Source: a virus (Duplodnaviria; Caudoviricetes). Taken from it: 64,000 bases of DNA. Below the pieces are notes generated by a model. That model was not told the DNA's origin, did no database searches, and saw only the letters and a program-made list of their open reading frames with translations. How positions within the stretch are numbered: position 1 is the stretch's first letter; each line of letters opens with the position of its first letter. The translations under genes were made by a program, and so were the position numbers. Shown in pieces: positions 56,498 to 64,000 of the stretch. The stretch lies in the IMG/VR virus record IMGVR_UViG_3300037067_018433. One strand, given 5' to 3'.

Positions 56498-56952
56498 AGC
56501 ATCTTCTCCAGTGCCCCGAGTTCAACTTCCTTGGGTCCCAGGACAGAGACGATGGGCGGGACGTCGATTTCGAGACCGTCGAGCTGGTGTCCGTACCGAC
56601 CCTGGAGCACCAGCAGCGCGTTCTTGCCGTCCTTGCCGTCCTTGCCCCGGAACTTGTAGTTGATCTCCACGACCGTCCGGAACTCTTCGTCCGTGACGAT
56701 CTCTTCGAGCGCGTCGAAGTTGACGGCGCGGCCGCCGGCCAGCTTGGTCGACAGCAGGCCCATGGTCTCCGACTTGCGCGACTCCTTGGATGTGGCCTTG
56801 ACGCGGTCGGCCACGATCTTGCGCGAGTCGTTGTACTGCTCCACCAGCTTCTGGAGCGTCGAGACGACGCCGCTGTTCTGCTGGACGAAGTCCTTGAGCG
56901 CCTTGTGCGCGCTGTCCAGGGCCTCGACCGGATCGATTTCGTTCATCCTCAT
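56494..56952 (-). CDS. Hypothetical protein
   Basis: AAGGAG + ATGA coupling. Confidence 0.7.
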   Translation of the reverse strand: MRMNEIDPVEALDSAHKALKDFVQQNSGVVSTLQKLVEQYNDSRKIVADRVKATSKESRKSETMGLLSTKLAGGRAVNFDALEEIVTDEEFRTVVEINYKFRGKDGKDGKNALLVLQGRYGHQLDGLEIDVPPIVSVLGPKEVELGALEKML

Positions 56953-57641
56953 GCTCCTTCCGGTGCCACAGGGCTCATGCCCTGGGCGATGCGCAGGTAG
57001 GCCCACGAACGGTCGTACAGCCCCTGCAGGTCGTCCTCGGTCGCCTTCTGCAACTGCGGCTTGTCCGCGGTCCGCAGCAGGTAGGCGGGGTGGAAGATGG
57101 GTTGCGCGCAGTACGCGACCTTGCGCTCCACCCCCTGCACGAACACGTCGTGCATGTTCTCCCGCAGCTTGGTGATCGAGCCCTTGAGCCCAAAGCTCAG
57201 GCACGCGTACTCGCCGGCCAACACGAGGGCGATGGGATCGATGATGCGCACGAGACGCTCGACCCACGGTCGGCAGTTGCCGATCTCTTCCGCTGTCGGT
57301 TTGGCGTTCTCCCACTTCGGGGGGTCGGTGAGCGTGTTGAGCTGGGCAGGCCAGCAGCTGCACGTGTTCCAGATGTAGAAGTCGTCGACGTTTCCCGGCT
57401 CCCCGTTGGGCGTCTTCAGCTTGGCGAGCATCTCGTTCAGCCTCTTGCCGGAGCGCCCGACGAACGCCGATCCGTCGTCGTTCTCCTCGGGTCCCGGCGC
57501 CTCCCCGAAGATGATGATGCGCGCGGCGTCCGCATCCCCCCGTCCCTGGACGACCTGCTTGCGGGTCTTGACCAGTCGGGGACACTTCTCGCACGACGCC
57601 ATCTCTGCGAAGAGCTCGTCGACCTGTACCTGCTTGCTCAA
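56949..57641 (-). CDS. Family 4 uracil-DNA glycosylase
   Basis: CEKC, GEAPG..E...G.AFVG.SG, N..C.P, C.PW, HPAYLLR. Confidence 0.92.
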   Translation of the reverse strand: MSKQVQVDELFAEMASCEKCPRLVKTRKQVVQGRGDADAARIIIFGEAPGPEENDDGSAFVGRSGKRLNEMLAKLKTPNGEPGNVDDFYIWNTCSCWPAQLNTLTDPPKWENAKPTAEEIGNCRPWVERLVRIIDPIALVLAGEYACLSFGLKGSITKLRENMHDVFVQGVERKVAYCAQPIFHPAYLLRTADKPQLQKATEDDLQGLYDRSWAYLRIAQGMSPVAPEGA

Positions 57642-58231
57642 CGCAACAGCCCCGCTGCCCGCATCTTCGCCAGCACCTGTGGCGGGATGTTCCGCGGGTC
57701 GATACCCTGACCGGGTAGCGCAAGCCCGCTACCCTGGGCACGACGGAACATCTCCTCCATCTCCTTCGCCTCCTTCTCGAGCTTCGCGCTCATCTCCGCC
57801 TGGAGCGCCTCACGGAACTTGAGGCGGATGAACTCTGCTGCGGGGATCGCAGCGTCGATCATCTTGACGCGCGCCACGAAGTCGAGCGGGATGTAGGACG
57901 GGCGGTCCTCCGTGTCGAAGTCCGGGCGCAACGCGCCGATGGTCTGGAGAATCGGGCGCCCACTAGGCGCCTGTGTTGGGAACGCGACCTCGAGGTAGCG
58001 CACCACGCACCGCAATCCGACGCACTTCCGCTGCCCGAAGCTCGCGGGCAGTTCCTCGATTTCGGGGTCGAAGCGTCCGGTGAGCAGCTCGCCGTCCTTC
58101 GTCTTGATGTGGTACCAGACGCCCCCTTCCTCCACCAACTTCTTCTGCTCGGCCTCCATCTGCTCCTGGAGTTCCGGAGGCAGGCCCTCCACGTCCTCTG
58201 CCTCGATCTTGTCCTCCGACGCGTCGCTCAT
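57638..58231 (-). CDS. Hypothetical protein
   Basis: ATGA coupling to the helicase. Confidence 0.7.
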   Translation of the reverse strand: MSDASEDKIEAEDVEGLPPELQEQMEAEQKKLVEEGGVWYHIKTKDGELLTGRFDPEIEELPASFGQRKCVGLRCVVRYLEVAFPTQAPSGRPILQTIGALRPDFDTEDRPSYIPLDFVARVKMIDAAIPAAEFIRLKFREALQAEMSAKLEKEAKEMEEMFRRAQGSGLALPGQGIDPRNIPPQVLAKMRAAGLLR

Positions 58232-59670
58232 GCTCCACTCCCTTCGGCGCTCAAGTAGCGCCAGCTGTAGGGGCCACCTCGATCTGGTGGCCAAGAAACG
58301 ATCAACTGCTTCAGCTTTCGGCACGTGCGTAGACATGGGCCTATATGATCTTCCACGAAAATTACAATTGGCAAGTGCTTTCCTGGTACCAGGCGCTGTG
58401 CCCGGCCGATGATCTGCTGGAAGCTGCCCTCCCAGCTGAACGGCTCGCAGACCACCAGCATGTCCAACGCCTGCTTGTTGAGCGCCTTCTCCCCCAGCCG
58501 TAGCTGGCAGATGAGGATCTTGCCCCGGTTCGTGGCCACGGTTCTCTGCTCGCCCTTCACTCCTCCATGGACGACGCTGGCGTCCGGCAACAGTGCGTGC
58601 AGCTGCTGCAGCATGTACCGACGGTCGCTGAGCACCAGGATGTTCCGGCCTTGCGCCGCCCCCTGCTTGATGAGGTCCACGATCTCATACGTCCGTGGTT
58701 GGAGACCCGCCAGGTACGTGTGGAGCTTCGGAATGTTGATCTGGTTGTACAGCATGACGTGGGCCTTGAACATGGGGTCGGCGGGATCGATGCGGTGCTG
58801 GACGCGGTAGAAGTAGAACGACGGCCGGAGGTCCTGCTTCAGGTAGGTCATGCGCGCCGGCCCCAGGTGCAGGTAGTACATCTGCTCCAGCCCGTCCTGG
58901 CGCCTGGGGGTAGCGGACAGCCAGTAGCGACGGCCGGCGAACAACGGCGCGGCCTTCGAGAACTCCTTCGCGCCCATGATCTGCGCTTCGTCGAAGATAG
59001 CCACCGCGAACCTGTTGCGCACCTCCACTGGCAACGTCTGCTCGTTGGCCATCCTGTACAGCGTCTCGACCAACGCCACGACCACCGGCTTGTCCCAGTC
59101 GTGGTGTCCGTCACCAACCAGCCCGACGGGCACCGGGGACCCATCGTCCATGACGAGGTGCCGGTGGATCTCGTCCTTCCACTGCTGCTGAAGGCCCGAG
59201 CTGTCGACGATGACGATGAACGGGTTGCGGAACTGGGCGGCGGCATGCAGCGCGATCACGGTTTTGCCCACGCCGCACGAGATCACCAGTCCCCCAGCGT
59301 CGTGCTGCAAGAGCCGGGCGACGGCCGCCTGTTGCACGCCGTCATGCCGGATGGCGTCGAGCACCACTTGGCTGCGCATGGGTACCGTCTCGAACTCCTT
59401 CGGTCGTAGATCAATGAGGGGGATACCCCAGTCGGTGAACCGGTTGCGGAACACCTCGCCGTCGAACGGCCCCCAGATGTAGCGCGGTACGCCGATGTGG
59501 TGGACGCCGTCGGCCCACGCCAGCAGCGGCTCCCGCTGCTTCTTCAACTTGCTGGTGGCGTTGGGCGTGAACGTCAGGCTGGCCTTCAGCTGTCGAAGGT
59601 CGACAAGTTCCTTGGGCAGCCACAAAAGGCCGCTCAGATAGGCAGTGCCCGGCTCCATGTTGTATGCCAC
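58228..59670 (-). CDS. Superfamily 2 helicase (UvsW/ResIII-like)
   Basis: CGVGKT, DEAQ, SATP, QIIGRAQR; AAGGAG + GTG. Confidence 0.88.
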   Translation of the reverse strand: MAYNMEPGTAYLSGLLWLPKELVDLRQLKASLTFTPNATSKLKKQREPLLAWADGVHHIGVPRYIWGPFDGEVFRNRFTDWGIPLIDLRPKEFETVPMRSQVVLDAIRHDGVQQAAVARLLQHDAGGLVISCGVGKTVIALHAAAQFRNPFIVIVDSSGLQQQWKDEIHRHLVMDDGSPVPVGLVGDGHHDWDKPVVVALVETLYRMANEQTLPVEVRNRFAVAIFDEAQIMGAKEFSKAAPLFAGRRYWLSATPRRQDGLEQMYYLHLGPARMTYLKQDLRPSFYFYRVQHRIDPADPMFKAHVMLYNQINIPKLHTYLAGLQPRTYEIVDLIKQGAAQGRNILVLSDRRYMLQQLHALLPDASVVHGGVKGEQRTVATNRGKILICQLRLGEKALNKQALDMLVVCEPFSWEGSFQQIIGRAQRLVPGKHLPIVIFVEDHIGPCLRTCRKLKQLIVSWPPDRGGPYSWRYLSAEGSGA

Positions 59671-59783
59671 CGGAGGCTCCTTTCGTGACCCGCCGGTGCG
59701 CAACCATCGAGGCTGCCACTTGGACGTGGGGTCTGTCAACGAAAAAAATGGACCGAAATCGAAACGCAGAGCGCCAGCAAGTT

Positions 59784-59814
59784 TCTTATGCCTATTTTGA
59801 TCTTTTATTTTCGC
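59784..59814 (-). promoter_or_regulatory. Putative phage-specific promoter of the replication operon
   Basis: GCGAAAA-N15-GGCATAAGA. Confidence 0.7.
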
Positions 59815-59817
59815 GCG

Positions 59818-59853
59818 TTGACACGGTGCGGCGCCCGCGTCTAGTCTTGGATT
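59818..59853 (+). promoter_or_regulatory. Sigma70-like promoter, leaderless
   Basis: TTGACA-N18-TAGTCT-TGGATT-ATG. Confidence 0.7.
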
Positions 59854-61089
59854 ATGGAGACGTTGGACATCCAGGATGACCACGGTGCGCTGCTGGCGCT
59901 TGTCGGCGACGCGATCCCCGAGAACATCAAGCAGGCGAGCATCACCGACCTGGACGTCAACCAGGCACCGGACGACCTGTTCGCCCTGGTCATCGAGCGT
60001 GCGGGGCAGCCGCCGCTCCGGAAGTTCGCGTGCAGCGACGGGCCTACCACCTACGTTTCGGCGCTGTACCTCACGCAGACCTACCGGCACCTGACGCCGG
60101 CCGCGGTCAAGACCGCAGCGAAGAGCCTCCTGCAGGCGGCGGACGTCTACCGCGTGACGCTGCCCGCGGATGTGGCGAAGTTGGCGGCGACCGGTGGCCT
60201 GTCGCAGTTCGAGGAGCCCGAGACCAAGGTCGCGGGCCTGGACGACATGCTGAAGGTGATCCGCGAGCGGCGGCAGGAGAACAAGCTGCGGAAGACCGCC
60301 GACCTGACGGGAACCGAGCTCACTCCTGTGGGCACCCCACGTCCACCAACGGACGCCGTCAAGAAGCTGGCGGCCGTCGACAACCACGTATCGTGGTCCG
60401 GACCGACGGTCGAAGAGATCGAGCCGCCCCTTCGCCTCGTCGAGCTCGGCGTCAAGACCGCCGGTGGCAACACCTATCCTCTGGACAAGGTCCGTGACCT
60501 GATGGACCTCGAGCGCGCGTTCGCCCACAACATCACGGCCATCCCCGTGGACGACCGGGTGAAGGTGGCGTGTGCGGTGGTCGAGCGCGAGCAGGACATG
60601 GGCCTCCCGTCGGGCGCCCCCGTGCTCAAGTACGCGGGCAAGAGCTTCCGTTCCGCCCGTGAGCTGGAGCAGGCGCTGTGGTCACGCGTCACCATGGGCA
60701 AGCGCGCGCACAAGGACACCACCGGCTACAACAAGCTGGCGGCGATCAAAGACCCCCAGGAGTACGCCGAGAAGCTGGCGGCCGTCGACCGCTCCATCGG
60801 CCTGGATCGGGAGTGGGACCGCGGGCTCGAGGACCCGTGGGCCGCGACGCTGTCCGCGAAGAAGACCGCCGAGGTCATCTACAACCAGAACGGGGTGTTC
60901 GTCTCCGACCACCAGCTGGAGCGCATGGCCGCCAAGGAACCGAAGAAGGTGCTGTGCGCGATCCTCGACGCCGACATGGTGGAGGAATTCATCAAGGACC
61001 CGGTCGGTGTCTTCCGGTCGATGCCCGAGCCGATGAAGCAGTCCATTGGGCGTCTGGCCAACGACCCGCTGTGGCGGGCTGATCCGTAG
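59854..61089 (+). CDS. KxA-repeat protein (putative scaffold/inner-head protein)
   Basis: 14 of 28 Lys are in K-x-A (hand count). Confidence 0.8.
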   Translation: METLDIQDDHGALLALVGDAIPENIKQASITDLDVNQAPDDLFALVIERAGQPPLRKFACSDGPTTYVSALYLTQTYRHLTPAAVKTAAKSLLQAADVYRVTLPADVAKLAATGGLSQFEEPETKVAGLDDMLKVIRERRQENKLRKTADLTGTELTPVGTPRPPTDAVKKLAAVDNHVSWSGPTVEEIEPPLRLVELGVKTAGGNTYPLDKVRDLMDLERAFAHNITAIPVDDRVKVACAVVEREQDMGLPSGAPVLKYAGKSFRSARELEQALWSRVTMGKRAHKDTTGYNKLAAIKDPQEYAEKLAAVDRSIGLDREWDRGLEDPWAATLSAKKTAEVIYNQNGVFVSDHQLERMAAKEPKKVLCAILDADMVEEFIKDPVGVFRSMPEPMKQSIGRLANDPLWRADP

Positions 61090-61166
61090 GTTCGTTCCGG
61101 ACGGCATGTCGCCGTCCGGTTGCTCCTCGGCTCCTGCGGGAGCCGCAAGGAAAAACGGAGATCATC

Positions 61167-62243
61167 ATGGCAACGAAGCTCGACAGTCTGCTCAAGCGCA
61201 CCGCGCGCTCCTCGCACATCCTCGACAACTGCCAGCGGGGGGTGCAGGGGGAAATCAACCAGCTCTGGCAGGAGCTCGACCACCTCGACCAGGTCATCGA
61301 GGGGCACGTCGGCTTCCCCGAGATCGACCGGCTGTCCGTCAGCACCATCAGCGCCGGTGCCGGCGCCACCGCCGTGCTGGTCGAGGGCCGCAACTTCATC
61401 CCCACGGGCTGGAAGCGCGGGATGGTCAACATCAACCCCGGCGTGAACATGGGCATCGACTGGTACGCGGCCCAGCCGGGGAGCGACGGCAACCGTCTGC
61501 GCATCGTCTACGTGAAGGGCGGCGCGGGTCTGGGCGTGGCCTACAACCCGGCCAACAACACGGCGACCGTGACGCTGGCGGCCGGTGGTTCGACCGCGAA
61601 CGCCGTCATCGCGGCGGTCCAGGCGACGGCCGCGGTCTACGCCCAGGTCAATGGGGTTCTCCAGTACGGCCACAGCGGTGCGGGCGTCATCAACGTGGCG
61701 CAGGCTTCCACCGCGATCGTCGGCGGTACGGGCACCGCGCTGCGCTGCGCGGCGCTCACCGTCGACCCGGGCGGCGCCAACAACGCCGTTCTGTACACGG
61801 CACGCGTTCCGGGAACCCCCGGCAACAGCATCACCGTCGCGTACACGGTGGGCGTCGTCGGTGCGGCCCCCGTGGTCACCGTGACCGGTCAGCGCATCAG
61901 CGTGGCCATCGACGCCGGCGTCACGACGGCCAACGCCGTGATCCTGGCGGTCAACAACCACACGACGGCCCGCGGCCTGGTCCACGCCAGCCGCGTGTAT
62001 GGCGACACGGGCGCCGGGACCATCCCGGGTCTCATGGCCGCTGCCGCACTGACCAACGGCGCGGACGGCCAGGGGCTGCGCGTCGAGGTCGGTGGTCTGG
62101 CGGGCGTGCTCTACAACGTCACCGACACCACGTTCAACTTCGACGTGGGAGCGCTGGCCGAGCAGGTGAACACGGAGCTCACCACGCTCCGCGTCGACAT
62201 CTGCGGGCACGGCTTCCGCATCCCGATGGCGGTCGTCGCGTAG
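61167..62243 (+). CDS. Virion protein with two sheath-like beta repeats
   Basis: YAAQPGSDGNRLRIVY / YTARVPGTPGNSITVAY and TANAVI.AV repeats. Confidence 0.7.
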   Translation: MATKLDSLLKRTARSSHILDNCQRGVQGEINQLWQELDHLDQVIEGHVGFPEIDRLSVSTISAGAGATAVLVEGRNFIPTGWKRGMVNINPGVNMGIDWYAAQPGSDGNRLRIVYVKGGAGLGVAYNPANNTATVTLAAGGSTANAVIAAVQATAAVYAQVNGVLQYGHSGAGVINVAQASTAIVGGTGTALRCAALTVDPGGANNAVLYTARVPGTPGNSITVAYTVGVVGAAPVVTVTGQRISVAIDAGVTTANAVILAVNNHTTARGLVHASRVYGDTGAGTIPGLMAAAALTNGADGQGLRVEVGGLAGVLYNVTDTTFNFDVGALAEQVNTELTTLRVDICGHGFRIPMAVVA

Positions 62244-62250
62244 TTCCACC

Positions 62251-62286
62251 TTTCCGCCGCCGCGCTCCTCGTGATACGATGAGTCC
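62251..62286 (+). promoter_or_regulatory. Extended -10 promoter, leaderless
   Basis: TG-A-TACGAT-GAGTCC-ATG. Confidence 0.6.
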
Positions 62287-63084
62287 ATGGCGGGTCATGT
62301 AGCTACCGATCTCCCCCCTCGTGTAGCGCTGACCCGCCAATCCACCTTCTCCTCGGCTTACGTGCACCCTCTGGCCGCCGACCGGCTGCTTGAGGAGAAG
62401 TACGGGGTCGAGTGGTTGCTCTGGGAACCCGAGACGTTGTGGACCACCATCACCAAGGACTTCGCACTGCACGCCGAGTTGAGCAGGACGGTGCGCGCCG
62501 GACTGCAGGCGGTGCGCACGTTGCACAACACCGATCAGTTCTTCGAGGAGTGGCAGGTCACCAACTGGGTCACCCAGGCGCTAGACGGTACGCTCCCGGA
62601 CTTCGACTCGCTGCAGGATGCCGAACCCGGCCAGCTCATGCACGCCGTGTACTGCGCGAAGCTGTCCCGCGGCAACATGCCGTACGCTGACGAAGTCCAG
62701 AAGTGGATGGCCTGCGAGTTTCTGGACGCCGGGCTGCTCTACGCGCCTCCCCCACTCGAGTTCATCCAGGACGAGATCGCGATGATGGAGGCGCACTGTC
62801 GCAAGTGTGGGAACGTGGAGTGGTCCGAGGGGCTCACCGAGTGCCCCAACTGCGGCGCCGGTCGCGACCAGCTGGACATATTGGCCCGTCACCAGTGGAC
62901 CATGGTCAAGGACATGTGGTCCTTGATCAAGAACAAGGTAGCGAACAGCGTGTCGTTGGCCGAGGACATGATGGGCGTGCAGATGGCCCGGCTGCTGGCG
63001 GCCAGGGATCATCTGAACGACCGCGTCTCTCTGCTGAACACACAACTCAAGGAGCTGGACTTTGGACCTGTGCCCACGCCATAA
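62287..63084 (+). CDS. Hypothetical protein with Zn ribbon
   Basis: CRKC...CPNC. Confidence 0.75.
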   Translation: MAGHVATDLPPRVALTRQSTFSSAYVHPLAADRLLEEKYGVEWLLWEPETLWTTITKDFALHAELSRTVRAGLQAVRTLHNTDQFFEEWQVTNWVTQALDGTLPDFDSLQDAEPGQLMHAVYCAKLSRGNMPYADEVQKWMACEFLDAGLLYAPPPLEFIQDEIAMMEAHCRKCGNVEWSEGLTECPNCGAGRDQLDILARHQWTMVKDMWSLIKNKVANSVSLAEDMMGVQMARLLAARDHLNDRVSLLNTQLKELDFGPVPTP

Positions 63085-64000
63085 CCGGGAGCTGCTCGCG
63101 GGCTTCTGCGACGTCTTCGTCAAGAGGGCGGCGATCGGGCATGTCGGTCTGGGTACGGAGCCGACACCCATCCAGCACTGGCACCGGAAGTTTGCCGCGC
63201 TGCCGGAGGATGAGCAGCTGAAGCTGTCGGCGTTTGCATCGATCATCGCCCCCGTGCTGTACAAGCAGGCGGGCGCCGCGCAAAGTGCTCTGCGCGCGGT
63301 TGGCTCGCTGGACGATGTGGCGCCGGCGGTGCGCTCCGTCGAGCGTGCGGCACCCGCACTCCGTGTTCTTGAAGGTGGTGGGGAGGCCGCGGGATACGTC
63401 CGGCCGCGGGTCATGGTGGACATGAACGCCCCGCCCTCCGGTGTCCCGTTCAACGCGCTCCCGCCGCCTCCAACAACGCCCGCACCATCAGTGCTCCAGT
63501 CCTCGCTCTCCAACGCGGACCTTCCAGGAACTCCGATCCCCTCCGGCGGCGCTTCCGTTGGTGCTGTGCCCCCGGTCCCCACGACCCCGGGTCTTCCTTC
63601 CTGGGCGAACCGCGCGCTCGGTTCGTACAAGGGGATGAAGCCCTGGCAGAAGGGCATGTTCGCGTTTGGTGTGGGCATGCCGCTGTACCAGTACAGTCAG
63701 GGGCAGATCGGTCCTGGGGAGTTGGCGGCGGGCATCGGGGGCAGCGTGCTCACCATGGGTATGGGCATGCCGATGCAGCTCGCGGGGTCCCTCGGCGCCC
63801 CGATGTTGGCTGGCCGTGTGATCGACCCGGCCCTTGGTTGGCGCCCCATGGAGCAGCGGTTGCAGGAAGCGCAGCAATCGGGCCAGCAACAGATGCTGTC
63901 CGCTGTCCAACAGCAGATGGGCGGGTATCAGATCCCACAGTACGCACCCGGTGGCTACCAGTTCAGTGCCAACGGTCTGGCGATGTCCGGTCCCCAGGGC
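63062..64000 (+). CDS. KxA-motif Gly/Pro-rich protein (3'-partial)
   Basis: AAGGAG + TTG; GFCDVFVKRAA, LYKQAG; frame open to the window end. Confidence 0.7.
   Translation, partial: MDLCPRHNRELLAGFCDVFVKRAAIGHVGLGTEPTPIQHWHRKFAALPEDEQLKLSAFASIIAPVLYKQAGAAQSALRAVGSLDDVAPAVRSVERAAPALRVLEGGGEAAGYVRPRVMVDMNAPPSGVPFNALPPPPTTPAPSVLQSSLSNADLPGTPIPSGGASVGAVPPVPTTPGLPSWANRALGSYKGMKPWQKGMFAFGVGMPLYQYSQGQIGPGELAAGIGGSVLTMGMGMPMQLAGSLGAPMLAGRVIDPALGWRPMEQRLQEAQQSGQQQMLSAVQQQMGGYQIPQYAPGGYQFSANGLAMSGPQG

Larger units (their letters stand above)
1..64000. mobile_element. Segment of a large tailed (myovirus-like) bacteriophage genome
   Basis: Densely coupled gene blocks; baseplate J-like, gp25-like and fibre genes; phage-type replication operon; own sigma factor, tmRNA and tRNA; no host housekeeping operons. 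Confidence 0.9.

Noticed and set aside
58340-58385. AT-rich patch in the helicase 3' end as an internal promoter or origin
   Set aside because: No well-spaced -35/-10 pair or repeats; the sequence is coding
50326-59670. Inteins or introns in replication genes
   Set aside because: Motif spacing and lengths of PolA, helicases and primase leave no room for them; no intein terminal motifs seen
1-64000. Stop-codon reassignment
   Set aside because: TAG, TGA and TAA all end genes at coupled junctions; conserved enzymes are uninterrupted under code 11

Overview
This GC-rich 64-kb window looks like part of a large contractile-tailed phage genome. No terminase, portal, major capsid or prohead-protease gene is recognisable inside it. 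Plus-strand blocks (1-25.9 kb, 28.5-33.5 kb, 39.3-42.6 kb, 59.9-64 kb) carry virion and tail genes (baseplate J-like, gp25-like, fibres), a sigma-70-family sigma factor and a LigD-phosphoesterase/ATP-dependent ligase. Minus-strand blocks carry accessory genes, an RNA cluster (tmRNA, tRNA-Pro, unexplained structured RNA) and a replication/recombination operon (SF2 helicase, family-4 UDG, DnaB-like helicase, DnaG-like primase, gp32-like SSB, PolA, RecA, Cas4-like nuclease, RusA-like resolvase). A myxobacterial-type Cys-rich lipoprotein suggests a Myxococcota-like host (inference). Main candidates for something new: (1) a K-x-A motif concentrated in about ten plus-strand non-tail proteins, where it marks domain boundaries and may be a head-protease processing or packaging code for injected cargo (ligase, pyrophosphatase, glycine-zipper hairpins); (2) a 224-nt tRNA-shaped RNA with a second tRNA-like element nested in its anticodon arm, near the tmRNA; (3) two promoter classes, a GCGAAAA-N15/16-GGCATAAGA motif before minus-strand operons and sigma70-like, often leaderless promoters before plus-strand genes; (4) a RecA with paired Walker A T->D and Walker B D->N changes. 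All family assignments come from recognising motifs by eye, not from database searches.
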